Positions 1-10,413 of a DNA stretch of 64,000 nt are shown one piece after another. Under the pieces are notes generated by a model. The model was not told the DNA's origin. It made no database searches and saw only the letters and a list, made by a program, of their open reading frames with translations. This DNA comes from an uncultured Actinomycetes bacterium (GTDB lineage Bacteria; Actinomycetota; Thermoleophilia; Gaiellales; Gaiellaceae): positions 221,138 through 285,137 of the forward strand of contig CAVPRY010000006.1 in the NCBI GenBank assembly GCA_963708005.1, in the 5' to 3' direction. Made by a program: the position numbers and the translations under genes. Position 1 is the stretch's first letter. Each line of letters begins with the position of its first letter.

Positions 1-2
1 AC

Positions 3-623
3 GCGATGGCCGTCGGAGGCAACGAGGCTCACCACGGCGTCGTCGACGAGACGCCAGCCCGTCTCGTGCGAGCGCCGGCCGTGCTCGTTCGTGAGCGAGG
101 CGGCATTCACGCACAGCGGCCAGCCGCGCTCCACGAACGGCGCCACGGCCGTGGGGTCGTCCGCGATCGCACGGCACCGCTCCGGGTGCGCGAGCACGGG
201 CACGAGCCCGGCCGCGGCGACGCGCTGGCAGCCGGCAAGCGTCAGCTCCACCGCGTCGTCCAGGTCGACCCACCAGCCCGGGAACTCGACCAGCACCGCG
301 CTCGTGCCTTCGAGCGCCAGCGCTTCGACGGCGGTGTCGGGAACCTCGCTGGGATAGAGCTCCCAGCCGCGCCGGAGGTCGAGCCCCCACTCGGCCGCGG
401 CCTGGCGGAGGACCGGAAAGGCCAGCTCGAACTCGCGCTCCCGATGGTCGGTCCACGGGTACGCGTCCCAGGGCGCGTGCCAGTGCGGGGTGGCGAAGAG
501 CACGTGCGTGCCGGCCTCCCACGCGAGGCGGCACAGCTCGAGGCCCTCCTCCACCGAGGCGGCGCCGTCATCGCCGGACGGGACGACGTGCGAGTGCACG
601 TCGACGAAGCGCGGTGCGTCCAT
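3..623 (-). CDS. PHP-domain tyrosine-protein phosphatase, CpsB/YwqE-like (3' end runs off the window)
   Basis: Manual translation from ATG at 623 (absent from the ORF track because no stop falls in the window): MDAPRFVDVHSHVVPSGDDGA...FATPH...LAHPER...ASDGH, the DxHxH, TPH, AHPER and SDxH motifs of CpsB-type phosphatases. Confidence 0.85.
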   Translation of the reverse strand, partial: MDAPRFVDVHSHVVPSGDDGAASVEEGLELCRLAWEAGTHVLFATPHWHAPWDAYPWTDHREREFELAFPVLRQAAAEWGLDLRRGWELYPSEVPDTAVEALALEGTSAVLVEFPGWWVDLDDAVELTLAGCQRVAAAGLVPVLAHPERCRAIADDPTAVAPFVERGWPLCVNAASLTNEHGRRSHETGWRLVDDAVVSLVASDGHR

Positions 624-661
624 CTCTCCACAGTGCCAGCAGCCGAGGCGGCGCGGTCGCG

Positions 662-1834
662 CTACCAGTCACCGACGCTGCCGTCGGCGTAGAAGACTCG
701 CTGCGCCAGCTCGGGCTCGAACGGGTGCTTCGCCACGACGTTCAGATCGATCTCGATCCCGAGCCCCGGCCGGTCGGTGGCGCGCGCCAGCATCCCCGCG
801 CGGTCCACCGGATGGGATTCCGATGCGACCTCCGCGCGCCACGGCACGTCCGTGGTCACCGCCTCGCAGATCACGTACGAGGGGGTCGCGAGGCCGAGCT
901 CGATCGAGGCCGCCGTCGAGACCGGTCCCTGCGGGTTGTGGGGGGCGAGGGCCACCCGGTAGACCTCGGCGAGCGCGGCGATGCGCCGCACCTCGGTGAG
1001 TCCGCCGCAGTGCGTGATGTCCGGCTGGATCACGCTGCACGCCCGCTTTGCGAGCAGCTCGTTGAACGCCTGACTGCCGACGAGACGCTCGCCCGTCGCG
1101 ATCGGCGTTCGCACCGACCGCTGGATCGCGGCGATGTCGTCGACGCGCTCGGGCCAGCACGGCTCCTCGAACCAGTACAGCCCGAACGGCTCGAGCGCTG
1201 CGGCGAAGACATGCCCCATGCGCGGGCTCGGGCGCGCATGGCAGTCGACCATGATGTCGACTCCTTCGCCGACGGCCTCCCGCATCGCCGCGACGCAGCG
1301 CTCGGCGTGCCGCACCGGCGCGAGTCCCTCGAGGGGCATCGTCGGCGGCACCGCCATCGACTTGAACGCCGTGAAGCCCTGCGCGACCATCGCGGACGCG
1401 AGCTCGGCGAACCGCTGCGGCTCGTCGCTCTCGTAGAAGTCCTCCATGCGGCCGCCGCCGAGATGCCCGTACAGCCGCACGTAGTCGCGCACCGGGCCGC
1501 CCCACAGCTTGTGGCACGGCACGCCGTGCACCTTGCCCAGGAGGTCCCAGAGGGCGATGTCGATGCCGCTCATGGCAGTCGCGCGGACGATCCCGCTCGA
1601 GTGCCAGAAGTGCTGCCGGAACATCATCTGCCACAGGTGCTCGATCCGGGTCGGGTCCTCGCCCACGAGCAGCTCGGCGAGGTCCTCCACCGCGCCGACG
1701 ACCGCCCGGGTGTGCCACTCGAGCGTCGCCTCGCCCCAGCCGTGGAGGCCCGGCTCGTCGGTGACGACGCGCACGAACACCCAGTTGCGCATCCGCGCGT
1801 GGCAAACGTGCGCCTCGACGGCCGTGATCCTCAT
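662..1834 (-). CDS. dgoD: Galactonate dehydratase-like enzyme, mandelate racemase/enolase superfamily
   Basis: MRITAVEA...GWGEATLEW...[13 protein letters not shown]...DCH...EEP...TGERL...QPDITHCGG...APHNPQGP...DGSVGDW; the C-terminus is typical of DgoD. Substrate not certain. Confidence 0.75.
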   Translation of the reverse strand: MRITAVEAHVCHARMRNWVFVRVVTDEPGLHGWGEATLEWHTRAVVGAVEDLAELLVGEDPTRIEHLWQMMFRQHFWHSSGIVRATAMSGIDIALWDLLGKVHGVPCHKLWGGPVRDYVRLYGHLGGGRMEDFYESDEPQRFAELASAMVAQGFTAFKSMAVPPTMPLEGLAPVRHAERCVAAMREAVGEGVDIMVDCHARPSPRMGHVFAAALEPFGLYWFEEPCWPERVDDIAAIQRSVRTPIATGERLVGSQAFNELLAKRACSVIQPDITHCGGLTEVRRIAALAEVYRVALAPHNPQGPVSTAASIELGLATPSYVICEAVTTDVPWRAEVASESHPVDRAGMLARATDRPGLGIEIDLNVVAKHPFEPELAQRVFYADGSVGDW

Positions 1835-2051
1835 GCCGGCGGTGCGACGCTCCGGGGCAGAGCTGCGCTCGCGTCGATCAAACGGTCGACCTCGCCGCGG
1901 TCGAACGGGCTGGCGTCGCGAATCCGCGTGCCGCATCCGTTGAACAGCTCGAACGGGTTCGCAGCGATTGCGGTGCCGGCGAACCCGGCACCTCGCTCAT
2001 TGCGGATCCCTCAAGCCTGACGCCGATCATGCCCGATTGGGGAGCGTAGAG

Positions 2052-2083
2052 GATTGTTGACAATTTCGCTATAGTCGACAATC
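2052..2083. promoter_or_regulatory. Tandem palindromic operators, probable GntR/FadR sites, in the divergent intergenic region
   Basis: GATTGTTGACAATT (2052-2065) and TATAGTCGACAATC (2070-2083), 18 bp apart; the same arrangement recurs at 4815-4846. Confidence 0.7.
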
Positions 2084-2137
2084 GCCGTCCGGGGCGACCC
2101 GGGCGATCCAGCCCCAATCGCCCCTCGGAGGAGCTGC

Positions 2138-3268
2138 GTGAAGATCACCGACGTCGAGGCCATCGTCCTCCGACAGGCCACGATCGACGAAGGGATCGCA
2201 GACGGCAGCCAGGACGACCTCGTCGTCCTCGTCCACACCGACGAGGGGATCACCGGCATCGGCGAGGTCGACTCCTCGCCGCTGGTGGTGCGAACCCTCC
2301 TCGAATCGACCGGCTCGCACGCGGTCGCCACCGGTCTCTCCGACGCGCTCGTCGGCGAGGACCCGCACGACGTGGAGCGCCTCTGGCAGAAGATGTACCG
2401 GAGCGTGATCTACTTCGGCCGCCGCGGCATCGCCGTCCACGCGATCAGCGGTCTGGACATCGCCCTCTGGGACCTCAAGGGCAAGGCGCTCGGCAAGCCG
2501 GTGTGCGAGCTGCTCGGCACCCCGCTGCGCGACAGGGTGCGCGCCTATGCCTCGATGCTGATGCCCGACACGACCGCCGAGGTGACCGAGAGGGTGACTG
2601 CGCTGCGCGAGCAGGGCTTCACCGCGGTCAAGCTCGGCTGGGGGCCGCTCGGCCGCGACGCCGCGCACGACGTCGCCCTCGCTGCGGCGGCGAAGGAGGC
2701 GGGCGGGGACGGCGTGGAGATCATGATCGACTCCGGTCTCGGTTACGTCGCAGACGCGCAGAGGGCGATCGGCGTGGCGCGCGAGTACGAGCAGCTCGGG
2801 ATCTACTGGCTGGAGGAGCCGTTCGAGCCCGACGAGTACGAGGCCTACGCGACGCTCGCCGACACGGTCGACCTGCGGATCGCCGCCGGCGAGCAGGACT
2901 CGACGCGGTGGGGCTTCCGGGAGCTCGTCGACCGCGCGCACGTGGACGTCGTGCAGCCGGACGTGACGAGGTGCGGCGGTATCACCGAGCTCCTGCGAAT
3001 CGGCGAGCAGTCCCGGGCCGTTGGCGTCCAGACCGTGCCGCACGCGTGGAAGAGCGGCATTATCAAGGCGGCCTCGCTCCACGTGAACGCCGTGCTGCCC
3101 GACGCGACCTTCCAGGAATACTGCATCGCCGACACGCCGATCAACACGCGGCTCACGGTGGAGCGCCTGCCGCTCCTGGACGACGGCACGGTCGCCGTGC
3201 CGACGGAGCCCGGCCTCGGGATCACGCTGGACGAGGACCTCGTCGCCACGCTGAGGGTCGATCGGTGA
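2138..3268 (+). CDS. Mandelate racemase/muconate lactonizing enzyme family dehydratase
   Basis: GTG start after GGAGGAG; SGLDIALWDLKGK, KLG, MID, WLEEP, AGEQ and QPDVTRCGG motifs. Confidence 0.9.
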   Translation: MKITDVEAIVLRQATIDEGIADGSQDDLVVLVHTDEGITGIGEVDSSPLVVRTLLESTGSHAVATGLSDALVGEDPHDVERLWQKMYRSVIYFGRRGIAVHAISGLDIALWDLKGKALGKPVCELLGTPLRDRVRAYASMLMPDTTAEVTERVTALREQGFTAVKLGWGPLGRDAAHDVALAAAAKEAGGDGVEIMIDSGLGYVADAQRAIGVAREYEQLGIYWLEEPFEPDEYEAYATLADTVDLRIAAGEQDSTRWGFRELVDRAHVDVVQPDVTRCGGITELLRIGEQSRAVGVQTVPHAWKSGIIKAASLHVNAVLPDATFQEYCIADTPINTRLTVERLPLLDDGTVAVPTEPGLGITLDEDLVATLRVDR

Positions 3269-4572
3269 GCCTGACCGCCCGGGACGCGTCGAGCCTCGCC
3301 GCGCGGGCGGCTGCGGTGATTCCCGGCGGCGTCAACAGCGGCCAGCGGCGCGTGCCCGGGCTGGAGGAGCTCGTGATCGCCTCCACCAGCGGGGCGACGT
3401 TCACCGACGGGGAGGGTCGGGTCTACACCGACTACCACGCCGCCTTCGGGCCTCCGCTCCTCGGCCACAACGACCCCGACGTCGACGGTGCGGTCGCGGC
3501 CGCAGGGCGCTCCGTCGGGCTGATGGGCGTCGGCGTCACCGAGGTCGAGGTCGAGCTGGCGGAACGGCTCGTGGATGTCGTGCCGTCGCTCGAGCAGGTG
3601 CTGCTGACGGCGACCGGGAGCGAGGCGACCTTCCACGCGCTGCGGCTCGCGCGCACGGTCACCGGCCGGCGCTACGTGATCAAGTTCCAGGGCTGCTACC
3701 ACGGCTGGCACGACGCGGTGGCGATGAACGTGATCTCGGCGGCGGAGAAGGTCGGGCAGAAGGACCCGCTGTCCGGCGGCATCCTCCCCGAGGTGCTCGA
3801 GGCCACGATCGTGCTGCCGTTCAACGATGCCGCCGCGGTCGAGCGGGCGCTCTCCGACCACGACGTCGCCGCGATCATCCTCGAGCCGATCCCGCACAAC
3901 ATCGGTGCCGTGCTGCCGCTGCCCGGCTTCCTCGAGCGGCTGCGCGAGCTCGCCACGAAGCACGGCACGGTGCTCGTCTTCGACGAGGTGATCACGGGGT
4001 TCAGACACGGGCTCGGCGGCTACCAGGCGATCGCGGGCGTGACGCCCGACCTGACCACGCTCGGCAAGGCGATGGCCAACGGCTGGCCGGTCTCGGCGCT
4101 CGGCGGCAAGGCCGAGCTGATGGAGCTCTTCTCGACGACACCCGGGCGGCCCGCGTTCTTCGCCGGCACGTTCAACGGACATCCGGCAACGACCGCCGCG
4201 GCGCTCGCCACCCTCGACAAGCTCCAGCGCGAGCCCGTGCACGAGCACGTGTTCGGGCTCGGCGAGCGGGCGCGGGACGGACTGCGTGCGCTGTACGCCC
4301 GGCTCGGCATCCCGGCAGTCGTCAGCGGCTTCGGCTCGGTCTTCGTCACGTACTTCCTCGAAGGGCCGGTGGAGCGCTACGACGATCTGCTGCGGAACGA
4401 CGTCGACCTCTTCGTCGGCTACCGGCGCGAGCTGATGCGCGAGGGAATCTTCGAGCTGCCGCTGAACCTCAAGCGCTCCCACTTCTCGTACGCTCACACC
4501 GAAGAGGACGTCGACCGGCTCTTGGAGGGGACCGAGGCCGCGGTGACGCGGTTCCTGGAGCGCCGCGCGTGA
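3265..4572 (+). CDS. Class-III PLP aminotransferase, glutamate-1-semialdehyde aminomutase-like
   Basis: GTGA overlap with the upstream gene; IPGGVNSGQR, TGSEAT, FQGCYHG, FDEVITGFR and TLGKAMANG (PLP lysine). Confidence 0.88.
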   Translation: MSLTARDASSLAARAAAVIPGGVNSGQRRVPGLEELVIASTSGATFTDGEGRVYTDYHAAFGPPLLGHNDPDVDGAVAAAGRSVGLMGVGVTEVEVELAERLVDVVPSLEQVLLTATGSEATFHALRLARTVTGRRYVIKFQGCYHGWHDAVAMNVISAAEKVGQKDPLSGGILPEVLEATIVLPFNDAAAVERALSDHDVAAIILEPIPHNIGAVLPLPGFLERLRELATKHGTVLVFDEVITGFRHGLGGYQAIAGVTPDLTTLGKAMANGWPVSALGGKAELMELFSTTPGRPAFFAGTFNGHPATTAAALATLDKLQREPVHEHVFGLGERARDGLRALYARLGIPAVVSGFGSVFVTYFLEGPVERYDDLLRNDVDLFVGYRRELMREGIFELPLNLKRSHFSYAHTEEDVDRLLEGTEAAVTRFLERRA

Positions 4573-4710
4573 CCGACTCGCAGGTCGGCTGCACGATCGA
4601 CTTCGACCGCCCCGGAAAGCAGATCGGCCACCTGTCGCTGCCGAAGATCACCAACACGGCCGGGTGGGCCAGCACGTTCGTCCACCTCGCCCAGATCGCG
4701 AACGGCGACG
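4569..4710 (+). pseudogene. 5' fragment of a DoeB/succinylglutamate desuccinylase-aspartoacylase family deacylase
   Basis: MTDSQVGCTIDFDRPGKQIGHLSLPKITNTAGWASTFVHLAQIANGD matches the DoeB-type N-terminus but breaks off before the GxxHGxE motif. Confidence 0.65.
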
Positions 4711-4783
4711 CGCGTCCCGGCCACTTGAGCGGCTCACGCATCGGGGTTCGAACCGCTGTCGTCGTCACGCTGGTGATCTGCAC
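4708..4783 (-). pseudogene. 5' fragment of a third enolase-superfamily gene, divergent from gntR
   Basis: GTG start reading VQITSVTTTAVRTPMREPLKWPG, a typical enolase-superfamily N-terminal strand, then runs into the antisense of the DoeB fragment. Confidence 0.5.
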
Positions 4784-4814
4784 CGAGGGTGGCTACACTA
4801 GGCGCGCGATGGCC

Positions 4815-4846
4815 GATTGTCAACCATTTAGAGATTGTCGACAATT
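4815..4846. promoter_or_regulatory. Tandem palindromic operators upstream of gntR (probable autoregulation)
   Basis: GATTGTCAACCATT (4815-4828) and GATTGTCGACAATT (4833-4846), 18 bp apart; TACACT at 4794-4799 is a possible -10. Confidence 0.7.
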
Positions 4847-5623
4847 ACTCGGACGGGGCCGACACCGCGGATCAAGCTTGTGACGGCTGCCCCGAGAGGC
4901 GGCCTCTCGGCCGCCGGTGACGGCCGTCGGCGCACCAAGACCGGCCCGCGCGGCCAGCAGGTGGTCGAGGCGCTGCGCAGCGCGATCGTCACAGGCCGGT
5001 TCGAGCCCGGCGAGCGCCTGATCGAGACGGCGCTCTCCGAAGAGCTCGGCACGAGCCGGGGCCCGGTGCGCGAGGCGCTCAGGCAGCTCGAGAACGAGGG
5101 TCTCGTGATGTCGTTCCCCTACCGCGGAGCCGTCGTGCTCGGCGTCTCCGACGAGGAGGTGCAGGAGGTACTGATCCCGATCCGCCTCACGCTCGAGCGC
5201 TACAGCTTCTCGCACGCGCTCGAACGCATGACCGACGCGGACTTCGCCGAGCTCGGCAAGCAGATCTGGGTGATGGAGCAGGCCGCGAAGGCGGAAGACC
5301 TGGACCGTATGGTGGAAGCCGACCTGCGCTTCCACGACATCGTCATCTCCAGCTCGGGCCAGCCGCACACGGTGCAGATCTGGCGCACGATCTGGCCGCG
5401 GATCCGCGGTTACTTCTTCCGCTACGGGCGGAGCCAGAGCCTGGAGACGATGGTCGACGAGCACCGCGAGCTCTTGGAGGCGCTGCAGACGCGGGACCCC
5501 GATGTCATGCTCCACCAGCTCGAGCTGCACATCGCGGTGCGACCGCCGGGGGCGCCAAAGACCCGGAAGGCGAAGAGCGATCGCGCCGCCCGGGCTGCCG
5601 GCGACCGCCAGGGACCCTGCTGA
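4835..5623 (+). CDS. GntR family regulator, FadR subfamily with FCD domain; true start may be the GTG at 4880
   Basis: [45 protein letters not shown] winged helix; ADLRFH and DEH...LELH FCD motifs. Confidence 0.92.
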   Translation: MSTITRTGPTPRIKLVTAAPRGGLSAAGDGRRRTKTGPRGQQVVEALRSAIVTGRFEPGERLIETALSEELGTSRGPVREALRQLENEGLVMSFPYRGAVVLGVSDEEVQEVLIPIRLTLERYSFSHALERMTDADFAELGKQIWVMEQAAKAEDLDRMVEADLRFHDIVISSSGQPHTVQIWRTIWPRIRGYFFRYGRSQSLETMVDEHRELLEALQTRDPDVMLHQLELHIAVRPPGAPKTRKAKSDRAARAAGDRQGPC

Positions 5624-5862
5624 CCGAGCTTCTTCGGGTCGAGAACCTCCGCACCTGGTTCTGCACGCGCAGCGGCGTCCTGCGCGCGGTGGACGGCGTC
5701 GACTTCGAGATCGGCCAGGGCGGCCGGCTCGGAGTCGTCGGCGAGTCGGGGAGCGGCAAGTCCGTCACCGCACTGTCCGTGATGCGCCTCGTCGACCCGC
5801 CGGGGCCGCGTCGAGTCGGAGTCCCGCATCGTGTTCGAGGGACGCGACCTCGCAACGCTCTG
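5620..5862 (+). pseudogene. 5' fragment of an OppD/DppD-type ABC ATPase
   Basis: [11 protein letters not shown]...[10 protein letters not shown]...GESGSGKS (Walker A)...[11 protein letters not shown], with a frameshift near 5803; ends abruptly with no ABC signature or Walker B. Confidence 0.8.
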
Positions 5863-6358
5863 CAGCCGCATCGCGCCGCCCTCGCGCGACTGGTTGAAAT
5901 AGCTGTTCGTCGGCACCACGTCGGGCCAGATCGCGGTCAGGTGGGGCGGCCGCTCGAGCGCCATCCGCACCTGCGTGATCGCCGCATACGAGCTTCCGAC
6001 CGTGCCGATGCGCCCGTTCGACCACCGCTGCGCCGCGATCCACTCCACCGTGTCGTAGCCGTCGCGGCCCTCGTGCGGCGTGACCGTGTGCGCGTAGTCA
6101 CCCGTGCCCTCGGAGCGGTACCGGTCGCGCAGGTCCTGGAAGCACCACGGCGTAGCCGTGAGGCACGAAGAAGTCCGCGATCTCGGTGTAGCGCCGGTCC
6201 GTCTTGTCGTACGGGGTGCGGCAGAGCACGGTCGGGAAGCTGCCGTCCGCGGGCTCCCCCTCCACCGCCGGCCGGTAGACGTCGGTCGCGAGCCTTGTCC
6301 CGTCGCGCATCGCGAGCATCACGTCCTTGGCGACGACGATCCCGTGCCCGGCGCTCAC
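5863..6358 (-). pseudogene. 5' portion of a CocE/NonD family serine hydrolase
   Basis: [14 protein letters not shown]...RTPYDK...[frameshift near 6139][11 protein letters not shown]...[28 protein letters not shown]; truncated after about 165 codons. Confidence 0.82.
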
Positions 6359-8487
6359 TAGCCCTCCCTCTCGACGATCAGGTTCCCCAACTCGTCGACA
6401 CGGACGGCGAAACCCGGATGGACGACGGTGGTGGAGTCGAACTCCTCGACGACGGCCGGTCCGGAGAACGCCGAGCCCGCCGCCAGCGCATAGCGGTCGT
6501 AGATCGGACACTCGACGTAGTCGCCCGCCTCGGCGAAGAACACGGCGCGCCGCTCCTTGGGCGCCACCCCGCCGCCCGGCTCCAGCCGTCGCGGCGGCGG
6601 CTTCGCGATCCGGCCGATGCTGGTGAGGCGGAGGCTCACGGCCTCCACGGGCTCGGCCGGGGCGCTGAACCCGTAGGTGCGGTCGTGCTCGGCGTGGAAG
6701 CGCTCGAGGAGGTCGTCGCCGGCGGGGACGGTGAGCTCGTAGCTCTGGCCCACGTAGCGCAGGTCGATCTGGCGGACGAACTCGATCGCCTCGCCTGCGA
6801 CGCCCTCGCGCTCCAGCTCCGACCGGCCCGCTTCCTCGAGCTGCGCGAAGGTCGTCTCCACCTCGGCGGCGTCGAGGGCGTCGAGACGGCGCATGATCGT
6901 CACCGCCGCGTCGCGCTTGAGGTCGGTGGCGAGCAACCCGGCGGCGGAGAAGATGCCCGGGCTGCGCGGGATCAACAGGGTCGGCATCTCGGCGTCGCGC
7001 GCCAGGGCGTTCGCGTGCACCGGCCCGGCACCACCGAAGCCGACGAGGACGAAGTCGCGCGGGTCGTAGCCCCGCTGCACCGAGATCAGGTGCAGCGCGT
7101 TGACCATCGCCGCGTTCGCGATCTCCACGATCCCGTTCGCGGCCTCGGTCGCGCTCAGCCCGAGCGGCGTCGCACAGCGCTCCTCGATCGCGCGCCGTGC
7201 GCCCTCCACGTCGAGCCCGATCTCGCCGCCGAGGAAGTAGACCGGGTTGAGGCGCCCGAGCACGACGTTGGCGTCCGTCACCGTCGGCTCGACGCCGCCG
7301 CGCCCGTAGCAGACGGGCCCGGGGTCGGCGCCGGCGCTCTGCGGGCCGACGCGCAGGAGCCCGCCCGAGTCGACCCAGGCGATGGAGCCGCCGCCGGCGC
7401 CGATCTCGACGAGGTCGACGACCGGCGTCCGCACCGGGTAGCCGGACAGGGACAGGCCGCCGATCCCGGCCCCTGCGTGGCCGCCGACGCTGTAGTCCTT
7501 GGTCACCGACGGGCGCCCGCCCTGGATCAGACCGACCTTCGCGGTCGTGCCGCCCATGTCGAAGGAGAGGATGTCGGGGAGGCCGAGGCTCTCCCCCAGG
7601 TGCGCCGAGGCGATCACGCCGGCGGCAGGTCCAGACTCCACCATGAACACGGGACGCCCCCGCGCCGCCTCGGAGCTGAACACGCCGCCGCTCGACTGCA
7701 TCACGAGCAGCTTCGCCCGCACGCCCGCGGCGGCGAGGCGGCGCTCGATCCGCTCGAGGTAGCGCTCCACGACCGGGCGGATGACTGCGTTGATCACGGT
7801 GGTGGAGGCGCGCAGGTACTCGCGAAACTCCGGCGCCACCTCCGCCGACAGCGAGACCGGGACGCCGGGTAGCTCCTCGGCCAGGATGGCGCCGACCCGC
7901 CGCTCGTGCTCGGGGTTGACGTAGGAGTGGAGCAGGCAGACGGCGACGGACTCGACCCCCTCGCGCCGCAGGATCGCTGCGGCGTCGCGCACGGAGTCGT
8001 CCTCGAGCGGGAGCAGCACCTCGCCGGCCGGCCCGAGGCGCTCGCGCACGCCGACGGCGCGGTCGCGCGGGACCAGCGGCTTCGGCTTCTCGAACTGCGT
8101 GTCGTAGAGCGTCGGCCGCACCTGGCGGGCGATCTCGAGCAGGTCGCGGAAGCCGTCGGTCGTGACGAAGCCGCTGCGCGCGATCTTGCCCTCGATGATC
8201 GCGTTCGTCGCCACCGTCGTCGCGTGCACGACGAAGCGCACCTGCTCCGCTTCCACGCCGCCCTCGGCCAACGCGCGCTCGACGGCCTGCATGAACCCCT
8301 CCGACGGGTCGGCGGGCGTCGTGAGCACCTTCGCGATCGCGACGGCGCCGGTCTCCTCGTCGATCAGAGTCGCGTCGGTGAACGTGCCGCCGATGTCGAT
8401 CGCCACCCGGACGCCGCTCCCCCGCTGCGGCGTCGGCAAAGCCGCCGCCTTCGCTCCCGGCGGCTCCGTCGAGCCTACGCCGCTCAT
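6358..8487 (-). CDS. Hydantoinase/oxoprolinase subunit A (HyuA-like)
   Basis: [35 protein letters not shown] and PTVTDAN motifs; 709 aa. Confidence 0.93.
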   Translation of the reverse strand: MSGVGSTEPPGAKAAALPTPQRGSGVRVAIDIGGTFTDATLIDEETGAVAIAKVLTTPADPSEGFMQAVERALAEGGVEAEQVRFVVHATTVATNAIIEGKIARSGFVTTDGFRDLLEIARQVRPTLYDTQFEKPKPLVPRDRAVGVRERLGPAGEVLLPLEDDSVRDAAAILRREGVESVAVCLLHSYVNPEHERRVGAILAEELPGVPVSLSAEVAPEFREYLRASTTVINAVIRPVVERYLERIERRLAAAGVRAKLLVMQSSGGVFSSEAARGRPVFMVESGPAAGVIASAHLGESLGLPDILSFDMGGTTAKVGLIQGGRPSVTKDYSVGGHAGAGIGGLSLSGYPVRTPVVDLVEIGAGGGSIAWVDSGGLLRVGPQSAGADPGPVCYGRGGVEPTVTDANVVLGRLNPVYFLGGEIGLDVEGARRAIEERCATPLGLSATEAANGIVEIANAAMVNALHLISVQRGYDPRDFVLVGFGGAGPVHANALARDAEMPTLLIPRSPGIFSAAGLLATDLKRDAAVTIMRRLDALDAAEVETTFAQLEEAGRSELEREGVAGEAIEFVRQIDLRYVGQSYELTVPAGDDLLERFHAEHDRTYGFSAPAEPVEAVSLRLTSIGRIAKPPPRRLEPGGGVAPKERRAVFFAEAGDYVECPIYDRYALAAGSAFSGPAVVEEFDSTTVVHPGFAVRVDELGNLIVEREG

Positions 8488-10190
8488 CCAGCACTCCGCA
8501 GCTCACTCGTCGCCGCCACGTCGACACGGCGGTCGGCCACGGCGACCCGGTAGATCGAGCGGGCCCGCTCGATGCTGACCTTGCCCTCGAGCACGTCGCG
8601 CAGGACGCGCGCCGGGTCGCGCTCGTCGGGCGGCCCGTAGCCGCCGCCGCCGCAGGTGCGGATGCTGATCACGTCGCCCGGGATCAGGTCGAGCGTGGTC
8701 TTCGAGCCGAGCCGCACCTCTACCCCGTCCCGGATGTGCACGTACTCGGCCACGCGTCCCTCGCCCCCGCCGAACACGCCCCACGGGCCGCTACGGTCGC
8801 GGTCGGCGAGGATGGTGAAGGTCGTGTGGAGGTCGAAGCGGTAGTCCTTGCGCAGCCCGAGCCCGCCGCGGAAGCGGCCCGGCCCCTCCGAGTCCTCGAC
8901 GAGCGCCAGGCCGTCGACGCGCAGCGGGTAGTTCAGCTCGGTCTCCTCGACCGGCGCGTTCTCGGTGTTCTGACCGTGCGTCTGGACGGCGTCCGGCCCG
9001 TCGCTCGCCGCGCGGCCGCCGTAGCCGCCGGCGAAGGTCTCGTAGAAGCACGTGTACGTCCCGGCGGCGAGGTCGAGGGAGCCGAAGCCCGCCTGGCACA
9101 TCATCGCCTTCGTGCCCGCGGGCAGCCGTTCGGGGAACGCGGGCAGCAGCGCGAGAAACATGACGTCGACGAGGCGCGTCTGCGTCTCCCAGCCGCCGAC
9201 GACGGGCGCCGGCCACAGGCAGTTCGTGACGGTGCCCGGCGGCGCGTCGACCGAGACGAGGCGGTAGAAGCCGGCGTTCACCGGCAGGTCCGGGTCGATC
9301 AGGCACTTGAGCACGTAGGCGCAGGCAGAGAACGTCTGCGCGAAGGTGGAGTTGACCGGAGCACGGCGCTGCGGATCCGACCCCGTCGTGTCGAAGCGCA
9401 CGCCGCCGGCGGAGATCTCGATCCGCGCGCGCAGGCGCACCGGCTCGTCGGTGTACCCGTCGTTGTCGACGAAGCCCTCGGCCTCGTAGACGCCGTGCGG
9501 CAGGGCCTCGAGCTCGGCCCGCGTGCGCCGTTCCGTGTACTCCAGCAGCTCCCGCATCGTGGCTACGATCGTGTCGAGCCCGTGGCGGGCGACGAGCGCC
9601 TGCACGCGACGCACGCCCGTGGCGTTGGCCGCCACCTGCGCGCGGAAGTCGCCGGCCGTCTCGACCTTCGAGCGGATCTGGGCGAGGATCAGCTGGAAGA
9701 CGTCCTCCACGATCCGGCCGCCCTCGACGAGCCTGACCGGCGGGATGATCACGCCTTCCTGGAACACTTCGCGGAACGCCCCGATGCTCGCCGGCGCGCC
9801 GCCGCCGACGTCGACATGGTGGGCGAGGTTCGCCACATAGCCCAGCAGCCGCCCCTCGTGGTGGACCGGCGAGATCAGGCTGACGTCGTTCAGGTGGACG
9901 CCGCTCGGGTGCGGGTCGTTGGTCACGATCGCGTCTCCGGGGCAGAGATTCTCCGGGCCGTACGCGCGCACCGCCTTGGGCACCTGCTCCACCATCGAGC
10001 CGAGGTGCACCGGCTGCGAGAAGCCCTGTGCGATCGACTGCAGCTCGGCATCGAAGAAGGCGCACGAGAAGTCGGAGCGCGTCTTGATGTTCGTGGAGTA
10101 GGCGCTTCGCTTGAGCGCCAGCACCATCTCGTCCGTCGCCGCCACGAGCGCGTTGCGGATCACTTCGAACGTGATCGGGTCGATCGTCAT
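8484..10190 (-). CDS. Hydantoinase B/oxoprolinase subunit (HyuB-like)
   Basis: DPITFEVIRN, HLG, NDPHPSGVHLND, HHVDVGG, GPGRFRGGLG and CGGGGYG motifs. Confidence 0.93.
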   Translation of the reverse strand: MTIDPITFEVIRNALVAATDEMVLALKRSAYSTNIKTRSDFSCAFFDAELQSIAQGFSQPVHLGSMVEQVPKAVRAYGPENLCPGDAIVTNDPHPSGVHLNDVSLISPVHHEGRLLGYVANLAHHVDVGGGAPASIGAFREVFQEGVIIPPVRLVEGGRIVEDVFQLILAQIRSKVETAGDFRAQVAANATGVRRVQALVARHGLDTIVATMRELLEYTERRTRAELEALPHGVYEAEGFVDNDGYTDEPVRLRARIEISAGGVRFDTTGSDPQRRAPVNSTFAQTFSACAYVLKCLIDPDLPVNAGFYRLVSVDAPPGTVTNCLWPAPVVGGWETQTRLVDVMFLALLPAFPERLPAGTKAMMCQAGFGSLDLAAGTYTCFYETFAGGYGGRAASDGPDAVQTHGQNTENAPVEETELNYPLRVDGLALVEDSEGPGRFRGGLGLRKDYRFDLHTTFTILADRDRSGPWGVFGGGEGRVAEYVHIRDGVEVRLGSKTTLDLIPGDVISIRTCGGGGYGPPDERDPARVLRDVLEGKVSIERARSIYRVAVADRRVDVAATSELRSAG

Positions 10191-10350
10191 CTACGGAGCT
10201 CCGCCGTCGCAGCCTCGTCGAGGCGGCGGTCGGCCACGGCGATCCTGTAGATCGAGCGGGCCCGCTCGATGCTGACCTTGCCCTCCAGGACGTCGCGCAG
10301 GACGCGGGGGACGGGTCCCTGCTCTCGGGCGCCGTAGCCGCCGCCGCGGC
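10187..10350 (-). pseudogene. 3' remnant of a second hyuB-like gene; imperfect direct repeat of about 8500-8650
   Basis: GGGYG...RVLRDVLEGKVSIERARSIYRIAVADRR is nearly identical to the HyuB C-terminus; its TGA overlaps the hyuB ATG. Confidence 0.8.
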
Positions 10351-10413
10351 GGCGAGCGGCTTTGCCGGACATGCTCGCTACGGCCTCTTCCTGGTCGCCG
10401 GAAGGGAGACCCG

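Noticed and set aside
3265-4572. Housekeeping hemL
   Set aside because: It sits in a catabolic operon with no hem genes, so only the family is assigned.
5689-7872. Long ORFs such as 5689-7872, 16197-18818, 29387-31531 and 42320-44092
   Set aside because: Antisense or off-frame shadows of real genes in high-GC DNA, rich in Arg/Ala/Pro and without family motifs beyond the short ABC fragment.
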